63,572 nucleotides of DNA, filler included, from Octopus bimaculoides (GCF_001194135.2; 10 parts of 10 records of this genome joined end to end with filler, not necessarily neighbours in it), one strand, 5' to 3'. Positions 49,523 through 63,180 are shown, counted from the first letter of the whole stretch. The notes: generated by a model from the letters alone, not told the origin. Numbers and translations are program-made.

Positions 49523-49800
49523 TTCGGGACGGCTATTGTTTTCTTGACAAATAATCACACGCACTAATATATACATTCTCCACTTGTTTATTATTGTTCT
49601 TATTTTATGTCCACTATCTGGAAATCGTAGGATTAAACAGAACAGGAGGAGACATGTGGGAGGGAGAGTCGCTGAAGAGATCACACGATGAGTGACGAAA
49701 GATTTCCAGACAATGGACATAAAATGAGAACAATAGTAAACAAGTGAAGAATGAATATATAGTGCGTGCGTTTATTTGGCAAGATAAATTACCATCCCAA
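49523..49800. repeat. Fold-back element: ~100-bp inverted arms around a 73-nt spacer
   Basis: 49523-49627 matches the reverse complement of 49701-49800 (e.g. CACTTGTTTA.TATTGTTCT.ATTTTATGTCCA.T.TCTGGAAATC). Confidence 0.85.
49668..49711 (+). ncRNA. Minimal type I hammerhead ribozyme-like motif (degenerate)
   Basis: GTCG-CTGAAGA-G-ATCAC acgatga GTGAC-GAA-AG at TT-C-CAGAC. Same helix II as 22665 with one mismatch. Confidence 0.5.
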
Positions 49801-49816
49801 ACTATGCATGTGTTGT

Positions 49817-49856
<40 letters not shown>

Positions 49857-52639
49857 NNNNNNNNNNATATATATATATATATATATATATATGCGTGTGT
49901 GTGTGTGGTTGTGTGCGCGTGTGTGTTTGTGTTTGTGTGTGTGTGTGTAGGCATACACATAAGCAAATACTGTTACACATACATTTACATACACACGTCC
50001 TTTCGCAAAGAGGCATATAAATAGCAATCACATAAGCAGTGTTAATGGATCTAAAGAGTTAACAAGTTTTAAATAGCAGAAGCCAATATAGTCGTAGTTA
50101 AATCGACAAATATTGGATGCAGAATAGAAAACTTTCGTAGATAGTGCTTATCAAGAATGTGAGTGAATAGCAGGGAGCTATCACGGTTGTGTATCGGTAT
50201 AGCTCTGCAGAAAGTCAGCAGGAGTTTTGACCATATTTATTGACTCTAATTGAAAAACCGAATCATTCTAATGTGATTTCTGAAATCTAAAGAATACAAG
50301 GTTTAGAGGAACGATCATTTAAGGTTATGACATTAATTATATTCTTTTGATTTGGTAGATGGTACATGTTTGTTGTTTCTCTGAAACGAGTGATATGGTT
50401 TGAAGTGGTTCTTCGTAATTTGATTGTCAGTAAGATTGAAGAAGACCTTTCAGGTTTTCCGTGACTGCAGAAGGTAACAAGTAGATGTTGGTAGAAGATT
50501 CTAACATTAGCATTGTGTAAAACATGTTATACTTAAATAATATAGAAGAATAAAGTGTCGTCCCCTTGGAAAAGACGTGAGTAGTATTTCTGCTGATTAA
50601 AAAGGGGTTTATTGATTAAAAGAAGAAAGTGTGTGTAGAAGGTCGTTGATAAACGCCATAATTGTTTAGTGTGTAATTGAGATGGAGATATCAACACAAG
50701 ATAAGGACAGAAATTTCGATCACTGATTAATTTTAGGTTCAAAAGATTGAACGCATGATTGACCCAGTTTCCTATGATAAACTTTGATGAAATGAGGTGA
50801 TTGGTTAGCTCTGGTATTTCTTAAATCGTGTGTTGAAGTTAACTGCAAGTGTTTTGTTGGATATTTAGGCAGTACACGTATTTCCTGTACCTCAAGTCAT
50901 ATAAAAATAGTTGACATAAAATTTTCAAGAAAGATTATCTGAGGTGTTCTATACAGAGGAAGGTATATCTCTTAGCTGATTAATTCCCCCAGAAAGTTGC
51001 ATTTACACGGAAGTTTTAACTGACGTGACATAATGAACCAGCTTATGAAGAGAAATGCATGTCAAAACTGTAGTAACACTGAAATATAACAATTTCTGTG
51101 ACGTTATAAAACTTTATGAATACAACATTGGAATATTGGTGACGTCACTAAATGACTATAGAAAATAACACAGTCATTGTAGTGACGTTATGAAGTGACT
51201 TCTTTTTAATGTACTCGGTGGTGACCATTAGAGTACACGAAATGGTATTTTAAACATGGAAATGAATACTTTAGCGAACATCATCAGGTTTTCTTTCTAT
51301 TACATCTAAAAACGGAATGAATAATTATTTTGTTTTTAGTTATTTTGTTGGTTATATGAGATGTGAGAATTGACGGTCTGGTCACGAAGATCTGAGCGGC
51401 CATTTTAAGCCAAGATTGATTGATACACACAAAAACAAATGATATAGAAATGTCTAGCAAAGAAATAAATATTTATTCAGCCAGCTTTCTCTAATCCTAT
51501 TTATTCATGTGGCTCTACCTAATCGTCTTTAATGAATTCTGGAATAAATTTTCAGTTTTTGTTGAATGGAATATTGTAAACTTGTAGAATTAAAATAATT
51601 AAAGGTGACATGAGAATGTCAACATTTTTCACTGGTTAAATCTAATTATTGATCTGGATGGATGCATTTGTTAAGAACGTGTGTACATTTTGTGTAAATG
51701 TATATGTTTATACGTGTGGTATGCGAGTGTGCATGTGCAGCTGAATGTGTTTGTATATGTAAGTGTACATTTTGTGTGTGTGTGTGTGCGCGCACTTATC
51801 TGCATATTCCCAAGTATAGATGTGTGCTTGTATTGAATCTGTTTGAATATGTGAATGGTTATTATAAAATATGTTAAAATTCTGATCATATATTGTTGAG
51901 AGAAAATAGCGAACAACCTGTTGAAGTTTGTTAGATATACTTTTGTCGACAAAATTTTAATGTTCTGTCGTTGTCAATAAAGCAGTTCACATTCCGAAGA
52001 TATGAAAGAAAATGTTTAAATGTTGACATCACTACGGCAGAGAGCGTAGGATATCTAATACAACGCTGAAATGATATGACAAGGTCTGTATGCGGTCATT
52101 TGAAATACGAGAACTAAGAACCAAATGTCGCTCAATCACACTTTTCCATCTTAAAATTAGGAACGGTATATTGGATAATGTGTTCCTAGATTCTCTGTCA
52201 GAATATAAGATAGGACAATCTGGAGGGGAACATCATTGATCTTAGATCTACTGGATCAGCACTGACCTCGGACAATGCGACAAGGACAATCTGCTGAATG
52301 AGAACTGATTTGGTGATAAATAACAATAACAACGGCAATAACAACAGTCAGAAGCACTCATCAGTCAATATTTATGGCAATGTGCGTATATCAGAAATAG
52401 ATATATCTGTAGACAGATGCTTTTCTGTAAGTCTGGTGCATATTGCATTCTGTCAGGTATAGAATTTTGCTCCTGTTGCTGAGATGGTCACTTTAGTCTT
52501 GCCTCACCAGCAGGAACATCTTCAACTTGACCTGTTCATTGTTTAGGGGTCCTAAGTCGACCAAGTAGATCACAAATTTGAGATTTGTATAGGGGATCAG
52601 TTTGAACTGTAGACATCTTGAATTATTCCTATATGCTAG

Positions 52640-53190
52640 CATAACAAACACTCTAGATCCGACCTAGCTTACTCGCTGTGATTGCCTATGTCCACATTGG
52701 CACATCAGGAAAATTTTCAAGACTTCCGCAATCCGCACCTCCTACGTCACAGTCTTGTCGTTCGTCTAAGATGCCGTTCCAGTCCTCCACTATTAGCAGA
52801 GATCAGTACGTCGTCAGAAAGGCTTCTTGATGCCTGAAGAAGTAGACCTGTCCTGCCCCTGTCGGGACATAGGTGGACACAAATCTGCAGACATCACTTT
52901 CATTACCATTCACGTCCAGGACCGCCTGCGTCCAAGTAAGATAGCCAATACCTTGAGAACTAAGGATTTTCGGAATAATGCTATCATCTTACCTTCTAAT
53001 CCCGACAGCTGTGAATATCTCGGAAATGAGTGTGGGTGTTTGCGGTCCAGGGATCCTAGTTTCGCTGATGACGACTACATCAACTACATCTGGCGAATGA
53101 AATCACTAGCCAAGTGACCTTGTTTCATAGTTGACCCCAGTTCTCATATTTATACACCAGACTCTCAATACGACTCCGTCTGTTGGAGAA
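52640..53190 (-). mobile_element. Decayed APE endonuclease of an L1/Tx1-like LINE
   Basis: DVVVISETR, RFVSTYVP, LLIVEDWNGILD (GDFN-like) and LDRV-like motifs in order. Clade assignment is tentative. Confidence 0.65.
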
Positions 53191-53321
53191 AGAAGATGGA
53201 GTGTTTTCTCGCCTTTGCCTTCATGAAGGTCGTATAATCTGATCTGTTAATTGGTTAGGGAGAAAACATCAAAGTTTGTGAGTCAGCTTTTATTAAGACT
53301 GTTTAGGCTTTATACATCATT

Positions 53322-53473
53322 TACATTATTTACATTATTTACATTTGACGGATATTTGTCCTCGTCTTGTTTGTTGTTAGCATAACCTTTCGGCTGATAT
53401 ACCCTCCAGCCTTCATGAGGTGTCTTGGGGAAATTTCGAACCTGGGTTCTCATTCCTAAGGTATTTTTCGATG

Positions 53474-53518
<45 letters not shown>

Positions 53519-53715
53519 NNNNNNNNNNNNNNNNNNNNNNNNNNNNNNNNNNNNNNNNNNNNNNNNNNNNNNNNNNNNNNNNNNNNNNNNNNNNNNNNNN
53601 NNNNNNNNNNNNNNNNNNNNNNNNNNNNNNNNNNNNNNNNNNNNNNNNNNNNNNNNNNNNNNNNNNNNNNNNNNNNNNNNNNNNNNNNNNNNNNNNNNNN
53701 NNNNNNNNNNNNNNN

Positions 53716-53759
<44 letters not shown>

Positions 53760-53908
53760 TCGAAAAATACCTTAGAAATGAGAACCCAGGTTCGAAATTT
53801 TCCCAAGATACCTGATGAAGGCTGGAGGGTATATCAGCCGAAATGTTGTGTTAACAACAAACAAGATGAGGACAAATATCCGTCAAATGTAAATAATGTA
53901 AATAATGT
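53322..53908. repeat. Large palindrome: ~155-bp unique arms around (TAT)n-gap-(TAA)n
   Basis: 53322-53475 is the reverse complement of 53756-53908 with several substitutions, so not a simple read duplication. Confidence 0.88.
53807..53852 (+). ncRNA. Minimal type I hammerhead ribozyme-like motif in the right arm
   Basis: GATAC-CTGATGA-A-GGCTG gagggtatat CAGCC-GAA-ATGT-T-GTGTT. The mirror copy at 53379-53424 (-) has GACAC but a mutated core, CTCATGA. Confidence 0.6.
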
Positions 53909-54468
53909 ACATAATTCCTCATCACTTAAATACAGAACTGTTTAGACTTTGAGGAGAAATTTCCATAAGTTTCCCCCATTTGTGTGAATACTTTTATGTT
54001 GTTGATCACCTCGTCTATCATTTCAACGTTGTTCTTCCGAACGGCAGTGAAGCTGATGCAGGAGAGCTGATTTGGTGTGTATTATTGTTTGTAGCTTTTT
54101 GTTGTTGTTGGTTGCTTGATGTTGATCTTGTTTTTTTTCCCTCTTACTTTCATAATTGTGTTCGTGTCTGTGATTTTTGTCTGAGTTGTTTTGTTGTTGC
54201 TGTTAAGATTGCAATGATGATAGGACCATGTTGTGATCGTGGGGGAAGGTCTAGCACCTCTTCGATTACATTGGCTCTCTCTTTCTCTATTAGTTGGGGA
54301 AGGAAGTGAGAGTGAAATTCTATGTGTAGTGGTGTTTGCATTTAAGTAGTGGAGGTGCGAAAAGCATTAACGTGATGCTTTCTTTTGCTAGTGGAATCTG
54401 TAGTTGTTCTCGAGAGTTTTTGTGGTCTTGTTGCTTCTTTGGGCGGGATTCCATTTTTTGTTTCTGCA

Positions 54469-54503
<35 letters not shown>

Positions 54504-54800
54504 GCAACCCTGAAAAGAGGAAAATTAGTTAAAAGTAGCAATATAACACTAGATAAAGCCAATGAAATAAGAGAACTAGACGAAAGCCAACCATACAAGT
54601 ATTTAGGAGTCAATGAACTAGATAGGATACAACAAACATAAATGAAAGAAAAAATAAAGAAAGAGTACTATAGACGAGTTAGATCAATACTAAAAACAGA
54701 GCTCAATGCTAAAAACAAGATAATGGGTCTCAACACTTTAGCTGTCCCAGTTATAAGCTACAGCTACAACATCCTTAACTGGACACTAAACGAACTATCT
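54504..54800 (+). mobile_element. 5'-truncated R4/Dong-like non-LTR element (RT C-terminal region)
   Basis: ATLKRGKL...YKYLGV...MKEKIKKEYYRRVRSILKTELNAKNKI..LNTLAVPVISY..NW; starts immediately after (TAA)n 54471-54503. Confidence 0.85.
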
Positions 54801-54900
54801 NNNNNNNNNNNNNNNNNNNNNNNNNNNNNNNNNNNNNNNNNNNNTTAATTAATTAANNNNNNNNNNNNNNNNNNNNNNNNNNNNNNNNNNNNNNNNNNNN

Positions 54901-54930
<30 letters not shown>

Positions 54931-54932
<2 letters not shown>

Positions 54933-55095
54933 GACAAGCTTCTTTCAGTTTCCATCTACCAGATCCACTCACAAGGCTTGGTCGGCCCGTGGCTATAGTG
55001 GAAGACACTTGCCCACGGTACCACGCAGCGGGACTGAACCCGGAGCCATGTGGTTGGGAAGCAAGCTTCTTATCACACAGCGACGCCTGTGCCTA
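54931..55095 (-). mobile_element. Family C SINE head plus core
   Basis: Aligns with 17108-17272; B-box GGTTCAGTCCC. Confidence 0.9.
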
Positions 55096-55096
55096 C

Positions 55097-55169
<73 letters not shown>

Positions 55170-55170
55170 C

Positions 55171-55219
<49 letters not shown>

Positions 55220-55250
55220 CATACATACATACATACATACATACATACAT
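55097..55250. repeat. (GATA)n followed by (CATA)n
   Basis: Direct inspection. Confidence 0.97.
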
Positions 55251-55435
55251 AAGGATATACACGTATATCTTTATTTTTCCTTCTCCTTGTATCGGCCATT
55301 AAGCTGCAAATACGCTAGGACTCCGCCTTGAAGGATTTTCGTCGATCGTATCGACCGTTTTATAGATCTTTATTGAACCACTACATTACTAGACATGCTT
55401 CTATGAGTGTTTGTGTGATGAGGGGAAGGTACGTA

Positions 55436-55440
<5 letters not shown>

Positions 55441-55514
<74 letters not shown>
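55441..55514. repeat. (GT)n microsatellite
   Basis: Direct inspection. Confidence 0.97.
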
Positions 55515-55516
<2 letters not shown>

Positions 55517-55881
55517 CACTAACAGAGAGCATTAAGAGCAAAAAGAACGGTAACTGCAGCTTGGCAATATTCTTCTATTCACTTGGTGCCAAAGAGAAGA
55601 ATTAATCTTCTTTGGAGCTGCTAAACCTATTAATATATATATATTGATCAAAACAGAACTCCCAATAAATGCGTTGAATAGCCTTCTTTCGTTTGTCCAG
55701 TCGTATATATTAAACAATTAATATGTAAATTTCGTGAAGAGAGTTACAGTCATAAGGTAGAAACTAATGTATAAACGGAACATAAAAGTATGGGCAGCAT
55801 TGACATTACGTCACCTAACACTACTAAATCTGTACAGATACACGTGAACATCATTTAACTTTTAATATCAAATGCTCGCTC

Positions 55882-55979
55882 AAGGCGGCGAGCTGGCAGA
55901 AACCTTAGCACACCGGGCGAAATGCTTTGCGGTATTTCGTCTACCGTTATGTTCTGAGTTCAAATTCCGCGGTGGTCGA
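55882..55979 (+). mobile_element. Family M SINE, head only
   Basis: AAGGCGGCGAGCTGGCAGAAAC...GAGTTCAAATTCCGC, truncated before the core. Confidence 0.85.
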
Positions 55980-56249
55980 AAGCAGAGCATTTATGCAAAG
56001 CCAGAAATCCAGGATTTGAAATTTTCTTATTATTTTTACTGGTTTATTTGGTCTTCGTCTTCGCTAATCGTGCCTTGCAGACATTTATTGTGGTTTTGGA
56101 GTCAGGATTTGACTGCTATTTTTTCAGCGTGGTGGTATCTCTTGATACCCTGTATTATAATTTTAAATAATTATTACCTTTGATGGTTTTTATTCCCATG
56201 CTGACCACTTGATAAGATCAATATTTTAAATACCGATCTTATCCTTATT

Positions 56250-56301
<52 letters not shown>

Positions 56302-57558
56302 CTACGCGGTATTTGCTACGATCTTCCTCTGCACTCTGACTTCTAACTCCGCAGAGATTACCTAAAAGTATCAATCCAGGGAAATTGTCTGGTGGGACTG
56401 TAAGAGAGCCATATGAAACGCTTTACGGTATCTATACCGTATGCTTGTGCACTGACGATTATACATGACGATAATACACCGATGCCAAGCTGCATTAGCA
56501 TTCAAGAAATTCCTTTACCGTGGACAACACTGGTGGTATGGAGAGAAAACACTTGCGTACATAATCGTCTGCAAAAATATTTTCCCAGGCTTTCACATAC
56601 AAGGAAATGCACACATAGATAAGGGGAGAATGAATGGAAACTCAATCAAAGAGCACATCATCATTAGGTTAACATCTATTTTTTTATGATTACGTGGGTG
56701 AAAAGAGCCAGATGCCCTTCCTGACAACGAACCTCACCTGTTTCTAAAGAAAGCAATAATCTCTTAGTGTGTCGAAGAATGAACAGCCCAGACATAGTAG
56801 CACGGGGAACTGGAAAACAAACGATACCGTTTTATAAGTGCTGAGCCACCAAGAAGCCCACACATGCTTTCACTGTGGTCTACAAGCCAACAACATCGTC
56901 TTTATGAGCAGCAGGCTTTGTTTTCAATCAATAAACACTCGTAAAGTTGAAGGGAAATACAAACTCACACACATATGCGTAGATATATGTAGATCTCCTT
57001 AATCACATAGCTATACCTGTGCTTATTTATATCAAGATAAAAAATATATAAGTCTGAGTAAAATATATAGTTATGTCTCACTCCGGAGAGAGATATGGAT
57101 ACAAACATGTAATATAAATGCCAAGTGTAAGAAATAAAACGAAGGCGTACATCTCAACATAATATGCATATACTTCTAACCCGAGACGTAGTTATGATTC
57201 TGCGAAGCAGACGACTATAAAATATCCCTCTATCTATACACCAGCAGAAAATCAGTAGAGAGTAATTTGAAGTAGATCTTTGTATCTATGTTTATTTTTA
57301 TATAAAATAACAAACATCCATTTAGTTCATCACAAAGAAATCACACTACAATCCATTTCCCGTCACAACACATTAGAAATGTCATAAGTTTCAGAGAAAA
57401 TTTCTTTGAGATACAAATTCTCTGCACGACAGGACTCATCTGTTTAAATTTAAATTTCCAGTAAAAAGGCCATATCAATATCAAAAGAACAAAACCCTAT
57501 TTTTGCCTGAAACATACAACAACGAATTTATTTAATATAGCTTGTTTAATATATTATC

Positions 57559-57943
57559 TGTGGAGGCGCAATGGCCCAGTGGTTAGGGCAGCGGATTCGT
57601 GGTCGCAGGATCGCGGTTTCGATTCCCAGACCGGGCGTTGTGAGTGTTTATTGAGCGAAAACACCTAAAGTTTCACGAGGCTCCAGCAAGGGATGTTGGC
57701 GAACCCTGCTATATTCTTTCACCGCAACTTTCTCTCACTCTTTCTTCCTGTTTCTGTTGTACTTGTATTTCAAAGGACCAGCCTTGTCACACTCTGTGTC
57801 ACGCTGAATCTCTCCCGAGAACTACGTTAAGAGTACACGTGTCTGTGGAGCGCTCAGCCACTTGCACGGTAATTTCACGAGCAGGCTGTTCTACTGATCG
57901 GATCAGCTGGAACCCTCGTCGTCGTAGCCGACGGAGTGCCAAC
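57559..57943 (+). mobile_element. tRNA-derived SINE, family N, full length
   Basis: A-box TGGCCCAGTGG, B-box GGTTTCGATTCC, 3' module CTACGTTAAG...CAGCCACTTGCACG (possibly Nin-domain-like, from memory only), end GACGGAGTGCCAAC. Confidence 0.92.
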
Positions 57944-59286
57944 CAATATATTATCTATAAGTCGAGTTTAAAAGCGCATTTACTGATTTTATGCCAATAG
58001 ATGGATAGAGGTGATATTTTATAGTCGTCTGCTTCATAGGAACATAACTACATCTCAGGTTAGAAATATATGCATACTGTACGTACCAGTTATATTATAT
58101 GGCTTTATTTATGCGTGTATGTATGTGTATGCGTGTGCTTGTGTATGTATGCATGCATTCGCTCCTTTGCGCCACATAGGCTCAACCCTCCTCCCCTCTT
58201 CCTCTAACCCTCCTCCTCTCTTTCTCTCACACCTACTTCCTCCCACCACCTCTCCTCTCTTGCTCTGGCACCTACTTCCTCTCTTCACTCCTACCCACCC
58301 TTCTCCCTTCCACCCCCTCCCTTCATCATCAGTCCCTCCCTCGTTATCCCACCCCTACACAATCCAACACCACCACCCTATACATCCTATCCCACCCCAT
58401 CCCTTAGAACCTACACTTGCTTCCCCCACTCTCGCCTCCCCCACACCCCCACACCACCACACCACACCAACACCACCACATCACAAAACCACCATACCAC
58501 ACCACATCACACCACCCCGCACACAATAGCACTGACCACTTCTCAGCACCCACACCAGCGCACACACTAGAACTGACCACTTCCCAGCACCTACATCATC
58601 CACACACCTACACATGCACATACGCACACGCCAATGTCACCAGCCACCTTCCACGCGCACATACACGCTCTAACGTACACACGCACGCGCACTTTCGTTT
58701 TTGGATCACCACTATTTTATTATCTCCCCTTCTTCCTAGCTCTCCTGTGTGACCCCTCTGTCCGCATTCGCCATGATATATCACTAGCCACTAAACCTTT
58801 TTCTATTTTCTCTCCCTGTTTATTTCTGTGTTCCTTCTGTTCGTAGGCTCGAAACGTAAAAGACTTTCTCACTTCCCGAGCGTTAAACTAATAAAACTGT
58901 TTGTTGTTTACACACCCGTCTCCGTTTTCTGTTTTTGTAAAAAAATCACTACATATANNNNNNNNNNNNNNNNNNNNNNNNNNNNNNNNNNNNNNNNNNN
59001 NNNNNNNNNNNNNNNNNNNNNNNNNNNNNNNNNNNNNNNNNNNNNNNNNNNNNNNNNNNNNNNNNNNNNNNNNNNNNNNNNNNNNNNNNNNNNNNNNNNN
59101 NNNNNNNNNNNNNNNNNNNNNNNNNNNNNNNNNNNNNNNNNNNNNNNNNNNNNNNNNNNNNNNNNNNNNNNNNNNNNNNNNNNNNNNNNNNNNNNNNNNN
59201 NNNNNNNNNNNNNNNNNNNNNNNNNNNNNNNNNNNNNNNNNNNNNNNNNNNNNNNNNNNNNNNNNNNNNNNNNNNNNNNNNNNNNN

Positions 59287-59326
<40 letters not shown>

Positions 59327-59438
59327 GCACACATATAAGTGTGCATGTGTGCGTGTGTGTGTGTAAAAATATTCAAGCAGAAATGTGCATACATAAACGG
59401 ATTCATATTTTATTTTGACGGATATATAGGTAAGTATA

Positions 59439-59671
59439 CAGTAATCCCTCGACTATCGCGGATGTTACGATCCAAAACCCCACGTGATAGGTGAAAATCT
59501 GCGAAGTAGAATCAGCACTATACTGTATATATTTGTTTTATTTTTATAATTTGTATATATTTATTTTATTATAAATGCAAAACACCACGGAGGAATCGAC
59601 GTAAGCTTAAATAATAAACCGCGATATGTGAACCGGGGATAGGTGAACCGCAATATGGCGAGGGATTACTG
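59439..59671. mobile_element. 233-bp pogo/Tigger-type MITE with TA duplication
   Basis: TIRs CAGTAATCCCTCG / CGAGGGATTACTG; TA at 59437-38 and 59672-73. Confidence 0.92.
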
Positions 59672-60261
59672 TATATGAATAAGGTATTTACATGCGTATG
59701 TGCATGGATAGGCGGACAGGTAAGCATTGAGGTCAACAAATACATTTCATAAACATGTAAATACACACTCAAACACTCAAATACACACATATATATATAC
59801 ATGTAACATATATGCTTTTATACATATGTATGTATGTGTGATCATGTATGTATGTATATGTAAATATATGTGTGTGTGTTTGTGTGTATAAATAATATAT
59901 GTTTATATATATATATGAATATGTGTATATATATGAATATGTATATATATGTATATATATATATATATATNNNNNNNNNNNNNNNNNNNNNNNNNNNNNN
60001 NNNNNNNNNNNNNNTTAATTAATTAANNNNNNNNNNNNNNNNNNNNNNNNNNNNNNNNNNNNNNNNNNNNGGTGCTAATGGCAACGGCGGTGGTGGTGCT
60101 GATGAGGGCGGCGCGGCGGAGTTGGTGGTGGTACCAGTTGCGGTGTCTCAGTGGCGTTCATGATGGTGGATGCGTCGGCGTCGATGGCTTTTTTATGCAT
60201 ATGCGAGCACACGCACATGCGTGCACCCACTCACACACACAAATATTTTCTTTTTTACATA

Positions 60262-60299
<38 letters not shown>

Positions 60300-60854
60300 C
60301 TCGTGCGCGTGCATACATACTCACACACATAGTTACACTACATAGACACACTTATGCTCAAACGCACACACACATACACACACACACACATACGAATAAG
60401 TAATGAATATATACTGACGCCTATACATGCATATGGCAAACAAACAAATGCATGTTACTAGGTAACCAATGCACACATGGACAGATATTCATATATGCAC
60501 ACAGATACATAATGTACAGAAGCCATATACATACACTCACAGCTTCATACGCACCATCACATACATAGAGCTATATACATACGCAACTAGATACACACAT
60601 GCGCAAACACAGTTTGGTTGTCGTAAGAGTGATTAAGAGTTGAATTCGGTTTAATATGTATATAGATGTCTGTGTGAGTGTGTGTGTGTGTGTGTGTGTG
60701 AGTGAGAGAGTTTGAGAGAGAGGGAGAGAGAGTGAGCGAGAAAGTAATTGTGCATGTCAATACGAGCTTGTATTTAAACTTGGACTACTCGTCATACACA
60801 CACACGCACACACACACACACACACACACATCACAAATATTTATACATATATGC

Positions 60855-60927
<73 letters not shown>

Positions 60928-61211
60928 GATATAGACAGTTAGATAAAGGAGAAAGAGAGAAAGAGACAAACAGACAGACAGACAGACAGAAACAGTGAGA
61001 CAGAGAGAATGATAGACAGATAGGGATATAGATATCTGTAGAGACAGGGGGGGGGCGATAGACACATAGAGAGAGTGAGATACATTAAGAAATAGATAGA
61101 TAGATCGATAGATCGACAGATAGATTGGTTGATTGATAGATATATAGATAGATAGATAGAGAGAGAGAGAGAGACAGACAGAGCCAGAGAGAGACTGATA
61201 GATAGATAGGT
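60855..61211. repeat. (GATA)/(GACA)/(GA) compound microsatellite
   Basis: Direct inspection. Confidence 0.92.
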
Positions 61212-61311
61212 NNNNNNNNNNNNNNNNNNNNNNNNNNNNNNNNNNNNNNNNNNNNTTAATTAATTAANNNNNNNNNNNNNNNNNNNNNNNNNNNNNNNNN
61301 NNNNNNNNNNN

Positions 61312-61372
<61 letters not shown>

Positions 61373-61494
61373 ACATTCATACATATATTTATATATATAT
61401 ATTTATAAATATATATATAGGTATGTCTAAGTATACATGTATGTAATATATATAAGTATATGTATATATTCATGTATATACATATCTGTATATT

Positions 61495-61526
<32 letters not shown>

Positions 61527-63180
61527 TATTTATATATTATGTAAATATGTATTTATATATTGATGTAAGTATATGTATACGATGCGTAAGGTATATATAA
61601 ATATATGTGTGTGTATNNNNNNNNNNATATATATAATATATATATTTTGTATATGTGTATGTGCATAAATACATGCATATAGGTATGTATGGATATAATG
61701 TTAATTAGACACATGTAAATGCACATGTAAATATTTGCAAATGTAAAGTGATGTATTGAGTCCCTTAACTGGGAGAATGTTCAATTGTGTTCACCAAAAC
61801 CGAAATCCAATAGTTCTTGTATTAACAATGGGGTTATGATATAAGAGTATTTTAATAGGTGGAATATAATGATATCATTATTAAGATATTTTAATTACAA
61901 ATATTTCTGCAAAAGTCTTTATTTGTAATTATAATTTTCTCAAACTTTTCTTCAGTTGAGCATTATGTTAGTTGTGAATATTAAACTGCCCGACATTTGT
62001 GGTTGGTTTAGTTATTTTAAAGAATGTGAGGCAGATATCTAACTTTAGTGAGAAGTGTATGAGTTGAACTGCAACAAAGGCTTTTTTGAGTGCCTTGTAT
62101 CAGTCTTTTCTCAATTATTTCATTTGAACAATTTTGATGTTAAAACTTCTGCTGTCATTTTCAAAACTTTATACTGATCACAAATTAAATTTGGATAAAC
62201 TTCCAAAAGTGAAAAGGAAGCGGGAGAGAAAACAAAGACACTTCAAAACAGAAAGACACTTCAAAAGACAAAGACACTTTAAAAAAAAAAAGAAAAAAAT
62301 ACAAATGACATTTCTAAAAGCAAAGGCACCTCGAAAAACAAAAACTTTTACTTGCTGCATAGCAGAAAAATTCCATTTGGATAGTACCATTAACACATTC
62401 AGATGTTAAAGAGAAAGAACAACAGAGAATCCAACAAAAACCTTAAAACAAATGAACTATATATTCCTAGAAAAACTTCACTAAAAAAAAAAAAAAAAAA
62501 AAAAACCACTCGCAGAGGAAAACGAGAGACATTTTGAAAACCTCAGTGTGAAACAGCATTTTGAACCACTCGGATTACCTGGAATCTCTTTTAGGTAAGA
62601 AGACTTGTTTATTATTTTTTCTTTACCTAAAAATTCTCCAAAGAATACAACAGTAAGTGTTCCTAACTAAGGAACTCATACTGGCTGTTCAGCTACGGCT
62701 GATACAGTTACGCAACAAACACTCAAAACACAAAGAGGTTATTCTCTGAATCTACACGCTTATAGGATTAGTAACAATGTTAGTTGGGAGGGAATGTACT
62801 ACATTCATTTGGTGAACACAAATGCTTCCAATATCACTATTATTGCTTGTATGCTGAGATTAGAATATTTGAATTTGCAAGTAATTTTTTTTTTTTGACA
62901 CACAGTAACAAACAGTACAAATAAAAAAGTTAAGCATTTGCCGAGGAGAACAAATATTTCACAAATTGAAAAAAATCTCCTGCAAGTGCTGACATTTTTT
63001 TATAAGTTCTGTATAACTATAGCAACAGTACAGAATATGCCAAAGAAATTTTACATTTTATAAGCATGATTTCTAATCTCAGTGTATTCATGTGTGTCTA
63101 TAATAACATTTCGACTGGTTCATATATATATATATATATAATGTATACATATCGTATATATGTATATGTATATGTCTGTA

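Noticed and set aside
50000-51010. Possible extremely decayed Penelope N-terminal coding region (minus strand)
   Set aside because: Only vague motif resemblance; needs a translated search.
62050-62085. EK.YE..CNKGF, resembling a C2H2 zinc-finger linker
   Set aside because: Requires a frameshift and lacks the other Cys and His ligands.
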